Shown here piece after piece: positions 39,101 to 51,100 of a stretch of DNA of 64,000 bases. The notes beneath the pieces were generated by a model. That model made no database searches and was not told the DNA's origin. It saw nothing but the letters and a program-made list of their open reading frames with translations. The translations under genes and the position numbers were made by a program. The stretch is taken from assembly GCA_964016885.1 (NCBI GenBank), contig OZ024741.1, forward strand, positions 79,050,001 through 79,114,000, in the 5' to 3' direction. Source of the DNA: Eledone cirrhosa. Taxonomy: Eukaryota. Positions within the stretch are counted from its first letter, which is position 1, and each line of letters begins with the position of its first letter.

Positions 39101-42054
39101 ATAGACGGACTTCATAGACAAGGACCCGGTTACTGGAAGCTGAACGCGTCTTTCCCGGCGCGCAAAGCCTACATAGACCGGATTAGCGTATTAGTTAAGC
39201 GGGCGTTGATGGGAGCGGTCGTAAACAACAGGTGGTGGTTCGCCCTGAAAAGGGCAATTAAAGTAGAGTCGATTAGGTTCAGCAAGGACTAGTGATAGAG
39301 GAAAATAGAGTAGAGGGAGAGCTAGTCAGAAAGCTAGAAGAGGTGTTTAGGACAGGCATCACAACCGACGTGCTTGCGGCGAGATTGGCACTCGACCAAT
39401 TCTTCAACGCAAAACACGAAGGCTGCGTTGTCAGAGCTAGAGCGCGTGCTCTGAAACATGAGGGGACAAAAGCCGTCCAATGGGCATGGGTGGCAGAGGC
39501 GTGACGTTGCAACAAAGCCACAATTAGGTCTTTATCTGACCAAAACGGGCGCGTGCTGCTCGAACCCGAGCAGATATGTGAGGCTTTTCAGCAGCACTTT
39601 TCTGAACTGTTCGGGAGCAGCGGCGGGCCGGATCGGGGTGTGGACTTCAGTGCATACCTCGACGGACTGCCTCGGCTCTCGACGACCGCAGCACAGTGTT
39701 GCGAAAAGCCAATAACAGCCGGTGAAATACGGGAAGCAATGGCTAACTGCACGAGGGGTAAATCGCCAGGTTTGGATGGTCTGCCCTACGAGCTTTATGC
39801 ATTTATACCAGACTTGTTTGGTGACCTCTTGGCAGACGTCTACTGCAACTGGCAGCAGAACGGCAGCATTCCCTGTTTTGTGAGCCGGGGAGCAGTGGCA
39901 ATGCTGAGAAAGGATCCGAACAAGGTGGATATTATCGATAACTTCAGAGTTCAAGATTTTACCAAGGTGTTAGCAACGAGGTTGGCGCTTGTCTTCAAGG
40001 GTCTGGTGGGAGAGGCGCAGACATGCGCCATTCCGGACAGATCCATACACGACAACCTCCACCTCATGCGATACATCATAGAGAGGGTGGTTAAGGAACC
40101 TGGCACGGGTGGGGCCCTGATCAACTTGGATCAATCCAAAATATTCGATAGGGTCGACCATCGGTACCTGGCGGCGTCCTCGAGGCAGCCGGTTTCGGGC
40201 TGTTTTCAGGGGTTGGATCGCTGCGATGTACAGCGACATCTGCTCAGTTGTGAGGGTGAACGTTCACCTGTCGCAGCCGTTCAGCATCATGCGCTCAGTC
40301 CGCCAGGTTTGTCTACTCTCGACCCTCTTGTACGTATTGACTCTCGAGCCGTTACTGCACAAACTGGGGGCGATGAGGGGCGTCCCACGCGAACTAGGAT
40401 GCGGGAAATCCGAGTCGGCTTACGCCGACGACGTCACCATAGTGGTGTCGAGCACCAGACACGTCCAGATGCTCGGCACCGCTCTCAAGGAATACGAAGC
40501 GGTGACAGGAGCAAAGATAACCAGGAAGGTCGGTGGGCACTTGGACAGGCAAGTCCATGCCGTCCGACAGCATCGTGGGGCGTTGGACGGACGGATTGGT
40601 TAAATTGCTGGGGGTCTGATTCGGACCGGACCTCAGGATGGAGAAAAACTGGAACGAGGTGACGAGCAAGGTGGCCTCCCTCACCTAGAAATGGGCCGAG
40701 AGGAATCTGTCCCTGAAAGGCCGGGCGAAGATGGCGAATGCGTACATCGCATCCGTCATCTGCTACCGCCTCACCGTCGTCCCTTGCCCCGGCACAACTC
40801 TCGCCAAAATAGAGCGCCTCCTCTTCCGCTTTTTGTGGAAGGGACGCGCTCTCATGGTCAGACGGCGATCCATCTGCTGTCAACACCCACTGCGTAGAGG
40901 ACTGGGCATGCCATGGCTGATGATGCGTAAACATGCGCTGAGGCTGCGACATCTCTGGTGCTTCCTTGACTGTGAACAGGTGTGGTCACCGTTCGCCAGG
41001 CACGTTTTCCCACAGCTTGTCTCCTTGACGGAGCTGCAGTCCTGGGTCAGGAAAAGACCGAGGGATAGCGCTTGGAAACTGGAATGTCTCCAGGAGCTCA
41101 CTGCCCTCTGCCAGCTGGGCACCAGTATCAGTGGAACATCCACCTCGGCCTTCTATAGAGGACTAGTGGAGGGGATGAGCGACGACGTTCTCGGAGAGAT
41201 CCTGGGCGTCGAAGAAAATCAGCTGTTTGCTCTCTTCCGGAGAACGCCCAGGGCCTATGGATAACTTCCAAAAATCACTGGCCTGGCAGTGCTACAGGGG
41301 AGCGTTGCCGGTTTGAGGTAAGCTCTACAGGCACGGAAGTGCCGTCAGCCGAGCCTGTCCGAGATGCGCGCAGAGCGACGAAATCGTCGTGCACGCACTC
41401 GTTCAGTGCCCGAGCATTGCTGACTTGTGGAGCTATGTCGAACAGTTGCTGCCACGTGTAGGACTGATCCGGTTATCGACTGAGTCCATTGTGCAGTTGG
41501 TCTCGCCGTTTTCCTTCGAGGAGGAAGGGCAGGCGGTTTTCATCTGCCTGGTGGCCATGGCGAAAGAGATTGTGTGGTGGACAAGGTTGAAAGGATTAAA
41601 GACAGACACTTTCCTCTTCGGCGAATCCCTAATTAACTTTTTCAAGTTTCACTTGAAGAGGAAAATCAGGGTGGGGAGGAAAGTGCTGCTTTCTAGCAAG
41701 TTTGTTGAAAGGTGGGTGAATGTAGCGAGAATGGTCCGAGTGAACGGGACCGCTCTGAATATACGCCTGTATTTTGAGAAATGGAAAAATTGAGAGAGGG
41801 TGATTGTCCTGGTCGTCAGGGAGGCCGTAGTTTTTTGTGTGGTTTTCGCCACGAGTAACCCTATTGGGGAATTTTTCATTGTTTAAATTTCATTTTTATT
41901 GTTTATATATATGTTTCTATGTTTTTCTTTTCTTTTCTTACATAAATAATAAAAATCTTTACATTAACAAAACCTATATCGTACCGTCCTGTACCGTCCT
42001 GTGCCCTCAGTAATGTTTTTCTTGATGTCAGCCTTTGTGGCCAATAAAGAAATC
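36189..42054 (+). mobile_element. Tx1-clade LINE, copy C, full length, decayed
   Basis: (ATT)n on both sides (36158-36188 and 42055-42072). ORF1 pieces 36395-38375 and ORF2 pieces to 41793, including SAYADD. AATAAA at 42043. Confidence 0.93.
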
Positions 42055-42288
42055 ATTATTATTATTATTATTGAATGCTATGGTTGACGGAGGCTCGGCT
42101 CTGTAAGGTACTGTAAATTTTGAACGCTTTAACAATTGTAAATTGTTTAAAACTTAGACCAACTTGTAGACAAAAACACCCTCCTCCTCGTGAGAGGGGT
42201 CTTTCTGCCCGTTATTTGGCTCTTCGAGGTTAAATAACTGCTTATTGGGGGTTTGTACCCAATATTTATTTTAAACAAAAAAAACAAC

Positions 42289-44389
42289 ATGGCTACGAAA
42301 AAGAATTTGCATAGGTCACTCCCACTCATTCCGTCTTCTTCTTCCTCAATCGTCACTACAGCAGAGAGAAGATTGTCTCTCTCCCTCCCTTCTTTAAATG
42401 TGTCTCTCTCCCTCCCTTCTCTTTCGCAAGTGACGAAAGAAAAGAAAAGTCTCGTGCAAAGCATGCAAGGTTTCTCCACGACGACGACGACAGCGACGAA
42501 ACAGGTGTGCGGGAAATACGAAAACCCAGTTCATTCGTCTGACGTCAGGAATAATAGCAGTAGCAGCCGTAATAACAACAGCAACAGTGACAATGAAAAC
42601 AAAAGTAGCAGCCGCAACAGCATCACCAGCAGCATAAACAACAACAGCATTAGCAGCAGCAACACCAACAACAACCACAGCAACAGCGGCGAAGGCAGTA
42701 GTCGTAGTACCTGCAGCAACAACAAAAGTAACAGCAGCTCTAACGACAACTACAACAGCAGCAAAGAAAAACCAATCTCATTTGCAGGTATTGCGAAAAA
42801 CTTGGAAACAATCCTCATAACAAATGAGGAATTAGAGGAAACGAAGATGATGGTGACAAAGAATGGACACCGAGCAATCTGCAAGGCAGCGGAAAATTTT
42901 TTCGAAACCCAACAGCACTGTACGGTCACGTACCGTACAGTAAGTACAAAATCCCGTAGGGTGGAAAGAGCCACAGAGGCCCAAATACAAAAAGCCTTGG
43001 GGTCTGTGTGGCAGCGGAAAACGCACATCACCCGAGGCAAAAAATATGCCACCGTAGACTTACTTTTTGCCACACCCCAGGAGGCAAAGGCCCAATCCGT
43101 AGTGACCCTAAGGAGCGAAGAAATGGTGTTGGTGCCCTCCTACTGCGGGCAAAAAAATTGTGAGGGTCAAACTGACCCACGTCCCCCCCGGAATGGCCCC
43201 TTCTTGGCTGGCCGCGTCTGTCCTCGTCGGAATCGAGGACAAAACAACTGTACTGCAAGTACAGAAAAAAGTAAGAGAAGATTGGGTCGGCACCTCCATT
43301 GAGATGCTAATCCAAACCAACCAGGAGTGCATCGAAGCTATCCCGGATGTGATAGACTTCGATAACGGCACTCAACTGCCGATAAGTGTTGAGGGCAAAC
43401 GCCCGAAATGCTTTCGCTGTGGATTGAAGACTCACCTCAGGGCCTTCTGCAACGAGAAGACCCTGAGAAAGGAGAAAACCCCCCTCCTTCCGAATCCGGC
43501 TCCACGGCTACCAGCAACAGGACAAGCGGCAACCAGGAACGATAGGTCCGTGGCACCCATACCCACGCCACGGAAATCAAAAACAGCAGCAGCAGTGGAA
43601 ATATTAACAACAACAACAGCAATACCAAATGCAGCTGCAACAGAGACTCCAGTGCAAACATCACCAACAACAACAAGTGAAAGAGTGGAGCTGGTACCCC
43701 TCCCCGACCTCACAGAATCAGACATGGAGTGTGAGGTGGGAGAGGGATGGCAAAAGGTCGTAAGAAGGCACAAACGCAGAAGCAGCGCATCGTCGCCTTT
43801 GAAAAGGGAGGAAAGAAATGAGAAAAGGGTAAAGTCTACTGCAAAGAGACCCACAGCAGCAACACCACAAACACCATCACCACCCACACTAGCACCACCA
43901 TCACCACCGGCGACAACCCCACCGCCAACAACACCTTCAACACCACCACCACAAGCACCAACATCGCAAACACAACAACAAAACACACACACCCAGCAAC
44001 AACGACAAGAAAATAGCAGAACCACACCCCACCCACAGAAAAACAAATGCACGGCAATAAATACACACAACAAGAAACTAATGACTTACATAATTGAACA
44101 CACAGACATTTCACAACAGGACTACATAATACCAGCACCAATCAAAACGCCAACTAACTTAAGACTGCTAAAAATAGCACAGAAACAATACACAAACATT
44201 AAAACGAAATTCCCCAACGCAGTTGGTGATTTCAGGGACCTAGGAGGAACCATCAATCGAAGAGTATATTCAGACATTCTCTTAGAAGAGCCGACGACCA
44301 GCCGAAGGGACGATTCAACGGTCCCTTCACCAGACGATCAAGTGAAAAGGGATGTAAAAACCATCCCTCCTCTACCAAAAGTACGGTAA
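42289..44389 (+). pseudogene. Tx1 ORF1 with one frameshift in the A-run at about 43151-43158
   Basis: ORFs 42253..43302 and 43160..44389; CFRCGLKTHLRAFC. Confidence 0.9.
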
Positions 44390-44423
44390 GTGGTCTTTCC
44401 CATCTTTCCACTCTATTTTAAAC

Positions 44424-47400
44424 ATGACCTCACTCAGAATAGGCAGCATAAATGCGCGTGGCTTGGGGTCGTCATGGAAGCAGGGTCACCTGCTCAACGA
44501 CCTCAGGTCACTAAACATAGATGTAGTGGCCATCAACGAGACCAGAATCTCCGAAGCACGGGCCTTCGCACCGATCTTCGGCGGCTACGATGTGTACGCA
44601 TCTCCCAGCCGTTCTGGATCGGGTGGAGGAGTTGCTGTGCTTTTTCGGAGAGGTTTGGATCTCGCCATACGGGCCATCTTCCTGGACCCAGAAGGTAAGT
44701 TGGTGGTGCTGGACGTGATCAGCAGAGACGGGCAAGCTTTCAGGCTAGTGGCCGTCTATGCCCCGACAGGAGCAGGGCGGCCTGATTTCTTCCGGCGTCT
44801 GGAGAACTTTCTTGGAACGTCCCGCTCTTTAATGTTAGTGGGCTACTGGAACGAGATCTTAGATGCACGCTGGGACTGTGTGGGATTAGCAGATAGGGGT
44901 GGAGGGTGCAAGAGCCTCACCAACCTGCTCAGGCGTTTTGAACTGTCTGACAGGTACCGATTGGATTTCCCGAATGTGCCAATGTGGACTTGGACAAATC
45001 GCATCGGGTCATCCAGATCATATCTAGATAGAGTATTTTGTAGGGAAATACATAGGTCTAGCATAGGCTGTCCACAATTCAAGATAGTCAGCTACACGGA
45101 CCACAAATTCGTGATCTGTGTGCTTGACTTAGATAGGCTTCATAGACGAGGACCCGGCTACTGGAAGCTAAACGCGTCCTTACCAGCGCGCAAGGCCTAC
45201 AGAGACCGGATTAGCGAACTAGTTAAGCGGGCGTTGACGGGGGCCATCGTCAACAACAAGTGGTGGTTTGCTCTGAAAAGAGCGATTAGAATAGAATCGA
45301 TTAGGTTTAGTAAGGCTTTAGCAATAGAGAAAAATAGAGCAGAGGGAGAACTAGTTAGAAAATTAGACGAGGCGCTTAGCAAAGGCATTGCGACCGACGT
45401 GCTTGCGGCGAAATTGGCCCTTGACCAATTCTTCAATGCAAAGCACGAAGGCTGCGTTGTCAGAGCAAGGGTGTGTGCTCTCAGACACGAGGGGACGAAA
45501 GCCGTTCAATGGGCCCGAGTGGCGGAGGCGCGTCGTAGCAACAAAGCCACGATCCGGTCTTTGGTGGACCACGACGGGCGCATGCTACTCGATCCCGGGC
45601 AAATGTGTGAAGCTTTTCAGCGACACTTCGCTCAGCTGTTCGGGGGCAGCGGTGGGCCGGGTAGAGGGATGGACTTTAGTGTCTACCTCGACGGACTGCC
45701 GCGGCTCTCGGCCACTGAGGCGAAGTGTTGCGAAAAGCCGATAACAGCCGCTGAAGTAAGGGAGGCAATGACTGGCTGCACAAGGGGTAAATCGCCTGGT
45801 TTGGATGGTCTGCCCTATGAACTTTACGTACATATGCCAGACTTGTTCGGAGGTCTCTTGGCGGACATCTACTGCAACTGGCAACAGAACGGGAGAATTT
45901 CCAGCTCTGTGAGCCGAGGAGCGGTGGCGCTGCTGAGAAAGGATCCGAACAAGGGGGATAACATAGATAATTTCCGGCCCATATCTCTGCTAAACACAGA
46001 GTTCAAGATTTTGGCCAAGGTGCTAGCAAAGAGGTTGGCGCTTGTCGTTGGTGGTCTGGTGGGAGAGGCGCAGACATGCGCCATTCCCAACAAATCCATC
46101 CACGACAACCTCCACCTCATGCGATACATCGTGGAGAGGGTAGCTAAGGAACCTGGCACGGGTGGGTCCTTGATCAATTTAGATCAGTCGAAAGCTTTCG
46201 ATAGGGTCGACCATCGTTACCTAGCGGCAATCCTAGTGCGGCTGGCTTTGGGCCCGTCTTCAGACGCTGGATCGCTGCCATGCACAGCGACATCTGCTCT
46301 GTGGTGAGAGTGAACGGTCACCTGTCGGAACCGTTCAACATCATGCGCTCGGTCCGCCAAGGATGTCCCCTCTCGTCCCTCTTGTACGTATTGACTCTCG
46401 AGCCATTACTGCACAAACTGGAGACGTTGAGGGGAGTCCCGCGCGAACTAGGATGCGGAAGATCGGTGTCAGCATATGCCGACGATGTCACCGTAGTGGT
46501 GTCGAACGCCAAACACATCGAGCCGATCGGCACTACACTAAGAGAATACGAAGCGGTGACAGGAGCAATGATCAACCAGGAAAAGTCAGTGGGCCTGCAG
46601 CTCGGCACCTGGAGAGGCAGGTCCATGCCGTCCAACAGCGTCGTCGGACGCTGGACGGACCGGTTAAATTGCTAGGGGTCTGGTTCGGTCCGGACCTCCA
46701 GACGGACAAAAACTGGGACGAGGTGACGAGCAGGGTGGCTTCTCTCACCCAGAAATGGGCGGAGAGGAAGCTATACCTGAAAGGTCGAGCGGAGGTGGCT
46801 AACGCGTACATCGCGTCTGTCATCTGCTACCTCCTGACCGTCGTACCTTGTCCTAAGCCTCGTCTGACTGCGCTGGAGCGTTTGCTCTTTCGCTTTTTGT
46901 GGAAGGGACGTGCTCCGATGGTCAGGCGGTCCATCTGTTGTCAACACTCGCTACGTGGAGGGCTGGGCATGCCGTGGCTGATGATGCGCAGGCACGCGCT
47001 CAGGCTACGACATGTCCACCTCTTCCTCGACGGTGATCAGGTGTGGTCGCCGTTTGCTAGACACGTATTTCCCCAGCTCGTTTCCTTGACGGAGCTGCAG
47101 TCCTGGGTCAAGCGAAGACCGAGAGGGAGCGCCTGGAGACTGGAATGTCTTCAGGCGCTCACAGCCCTCGACCAATCGGGCAATGTGATCGGTGGAAACT
47201 CCACCTCGGCGTTCTATAGAGGATTAGTGGAGGGGAAGAGCGACGACGTACTTGGGGAAACTCTAGGCGTCGACGAAAATCAACTAGTCAATCTCTTCGG
47301 AAGAACTTTCGGGCCAGGGCCTATGGACAATTTCCAGAAATCTCTGGCCTGGCAGTGCTACCGAGGAGCCTTGCCAGTTCGGGATAAACTCTACAGGCAT

Positions 47401-47838
47401 GGAGGTGCCGTCAGCCGGGCATGTCCGAGATGCGCGCAGGGCGACGAAACCGTCCTGCACGCACTCGTCCAGTGTCCGAAAATTGCTGACTTGTGGGTTT
47501 ATGTCGAACACCTGCTGTCGCGTTTAGGACGGATCCGGCTATCATCTGAGTCCATCGTGAGGATTGCCCCGTCCTCCTCCTTTAGCCGGGAAGGGCAGGC
47601 AGTTTTTATCTGTCTGGTGGCCATGTCGAAAGAGATAGTATGGTGGACACGTTTGAAAGGGCTGAAGCCGAGCACTTACCTCTTCGGTGATGCTCTGATT
47701 GACTTTTTCAAATTTCATTTGAAAAGGAAAATCAGAGTAGAGAGGGAAGTGCTCTCTTCCCAGCATTTTGTTGAAAGATGGGTGAGAGAAGCAAGAATGG
47801 CCCGAGTGAATGGGCCGACTCTGAGTATATATCTGTAA
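44424..47838 (+). pseudogene. Tx1 ORF2 (APE + RT + C-terminal Cys/His motif), two frameshifts
   Basis: ORFs 44424..46307, 46280..46675 (SAYADD) and 46363..47838 (CPRC..ETVLHALVQC). The endonuclease GDWN is changed to GYWN. Confidence 0.93.
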
Positions 47839-48098
47839 ACTAAAGGTGTAAAACTGGGAGAGGGCACTTGCCTTGGTGGTCATGGTCATTGTGGCTTTTT
47901 ACTGGGCTTTCTCCACAAATGTCCCTCCGAAGTCTCCCCCCTATTGGGGAATTTTTCATTGTTATTTTCATTGTTATTTTTGTTACATCCTCTGTTTTTG
48001 TTTTTTTACACGCAGAAATGCCCATTTGTACCGTCCTGCATTGTCCTGCACTGTCCTTAATGTCTACTTTATGTAAACCCTTGTGGTTAATAAAGAAA

Positions 48099-48142
<44 letters not shown>

Positions 48143-51100
48143 GGTGACCTACGTAGTAAATCGCATTATCGTGAGCTCCGCAAAGGTTTATTATTTTCAG
48201 TTGTCTAAAATTGCCATTTATGAAAATTTTTTATTGCTAACTGTATATAAGTGCACATAAGTGCACATTGATTTCTGAAAAGGACACTCAAAAAGATTGG
48301 GGCCTTGTGCCCAAAATTTAAACTTTTTTAATTATCAAACAAAAAAAAAATTTCTTTGAAAAATCATGGCCGACTAGCAGCTGAACCCAGTAGCTGAGAG
48401 CCTTCCTCACAAACTAACACCTCACACCGACACCACCATTGTAAATATTACTACGTTTGCCAACACAAAAAATATAAGCAGTAGCAATATTTTAAATTTG
48501 TCTCAGGCAGACATTCATTTCCCGCCATTACCAATGACTGCAGGTGTTAAAGCCGCCACCTCCACCACCACCACAGCGACAACAGAAACAAAAGAAAAAA
48601 ATAAATTAACTCGTGATATCGAAATGAATTAAACCAAAATAAACTCTTCCACACCGAACACCACTGACGCCACCACCACCACAACTGAAACTAAAATTAA
48701 CAATAACAAAAATAACGATAACAACAACAGCAACAATGAAATTAAGAAAACCACCCTGAGTTTTGCCAGAGTAGCAAAACGGTGCGAAGCATTCCAGGTA
48801 ACTCAAGAGGAATTAGAAGAAGCCAAAAAAATGGTAAAGCTAGATGGGTACAGGGTCAGCTTCACCCCCCCCCCACACCTCATAAAATGGAGCATCGGCG
48901 CCTATGCACCGTGTCTTATCGAACGATTAACATAAAATCGCGCCGAGTGGAACGGGCATCCGAGTCCCAAATCCAAAAAGCTTTGGGACATGTTTGGGCA
49001 AAAAAACCCCACATCAGACGTGGGCAGAAATATGGGACCGTGGGCGTGTTCTTTTAAACACCACATGAGGCCAGAAAACACTGCATGGCCCCATTAAGAA
49101 GTGACGACTTCACACTCGTCCCAAGCTATTGTGGCCAGAGACTCGTGAGATCAGGGTGACCCACGTTCCACCGGTCATCGAAATTCCCTGGCTAATAGCT
49201 GGCGTCTTCGCTGGCATTGAAGCCAACACCAAGATAATCGAAATAGCGAAAGAAAAGCAGGAGAACTGGTCCGGATCTGGGATGGAGCTCCTGATCCAAG
49301 CGGACCAAAAAAGCATTGAGGAGATTCCAGAGGTAATAGACCTCACTGAGGGCAGCCACCTCCCCGTAATAGTCGAGGGCAGAAGGCCTAGGTGTGTTGT
49401 TTGTGGTGAAGGAACCCACCTAAGGGCTTTCTGCCCTCAGGCTAAAAGGTTGAGGCCACCTCTCTTACTCATCCCAGTGACTCAACCATCAACACCACCA
49501 GCCGAAGAGATGGCAGCAACAACTGTAGCAGCAACAACCCCAGCAACAGTAGCAAAACCAACACCACCACCACCCAACGCGCCAGAACTAGCACCAGCGC
49601 TACACCATACACCACGCCACAACCAAAACCAACGCCTGTGGAGGATTTTCCACTCCCCGACCTATCGCAATTGGAGACAGATTGTGACGACGAGGAGTGG
49701 GAAACAGTATCAGGAAAAATGAAAAAAAGAAAAAGAAACCAAAAAAGAAAAAAATCCCATTCCTTCCCCCTCCAAAAACAAAATACAGAGGGAAACAAAT
49801 AAACTATCAAACAAAAAAGTTAGGACAGCTATGCCACCATCCACACCAGCATCACCCAAACACCAACATCATCACCATCATTAACCCCAACACCACCATC
49901 ACCAACACCACAAAAGTCACCAAAAAGCGAAACAGAAACAAACCCACAACAAACGCCAACAAAACAAAACAACCAAAACGATACACACTACACAGCATTA
50001 CATTTGAACAACAACCAATTATTACACTACATTCAACACAACACCAGCATCACAGAAATAGACTACACAACAACCCAAAAGTTCACACTACTTCCACACA
50101 TACAAATCACTCGCATCACACAGAAAACGTACACGACACTAAAATACAAATTCGCCAAAGACATCGGAGACTTCCGACAAGCACTCTCCAGGAGGATTTA
50201 TAAGGACATCCTTCCGGAGGAGGCCACAAGCAGTGAAAAGGATGGACAAACCATCCTTCCTCTACGAGAAGTAAGGTAAGTGGTCTTTCCCATCTTTTCC
50301 ACTCCATTTCAACAAGACCTCACTCAGAATAGGCAGCATAAATGCGCGTGGCTTAGGGTCGTCATGGAAGCAGGGCCACCTGCTCAACGACCTCAGGTCA
50401 CTAAACATAGATGTAGCGGCCATCAGCGAGACCAGAATCTCCGAAGCACGGGCCTTCGCACCGATCTTCGGCGGCTACGATGTGTACGCATCTCCCACCT
50501 GTCCGGGATCGGGGGGTGGAGTTGCTGTGCTTTTTCGGAGAGGTTTGGATCTCGCCATACGGGCCATCTTCCTGGACCCAGAAGGTAAGTTGGTGCTGCT
50601 TGACGTGACCAGCGGAGACGGGCAAGCACTCAGGCTAGTGGCCGTCTATGCCCCGACAGGAGCAGGGTGGCCTGATTTCTTCCGGCGTCTGGCGACCTTT
50701 CTTGGAACGTCCAGCTCTTTAGTGATAGTGGGCGACGGGAACGGGATCTTAGATGCACGCTGGTACTGTGTGGGATTAGCGGATAGGGGAGGAGGGTGCA
50801 AGAGCCTAACCAACCTGCTCAGGCGTTTTGAACTGTCTGACAGGTACCAATTGGATTTCCCGAATGTGCCAATGTGGACTTGGACAAATCGTATCGGGTC
50901 ACCCCGATCATATCTAGATAGAGTATTTTGTAGGGAAATAGATAGGTCTAGCATAAGCTGTCCACAATTCAAGATAGTCAGCTACACGGACCACAAATTC
51001 GTGATCTGTGTGCTTGACTTAGATAGGCTTCATAGACGAGGACCCGGCTACTGGAAGCTAAACGCGTCCTTACCAACGCGCAAGACCTACAGAGACCGGA

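Larger units (their letters stand above)
42073..48100 (+). mobile_element. Tx1-clade LINE, copy D, full length, most intact
   Basis: ORF1 and ORF2 have few frameshifts. AATAAAGAAATC is followed by (ATT)14. Confidence 0.95.
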
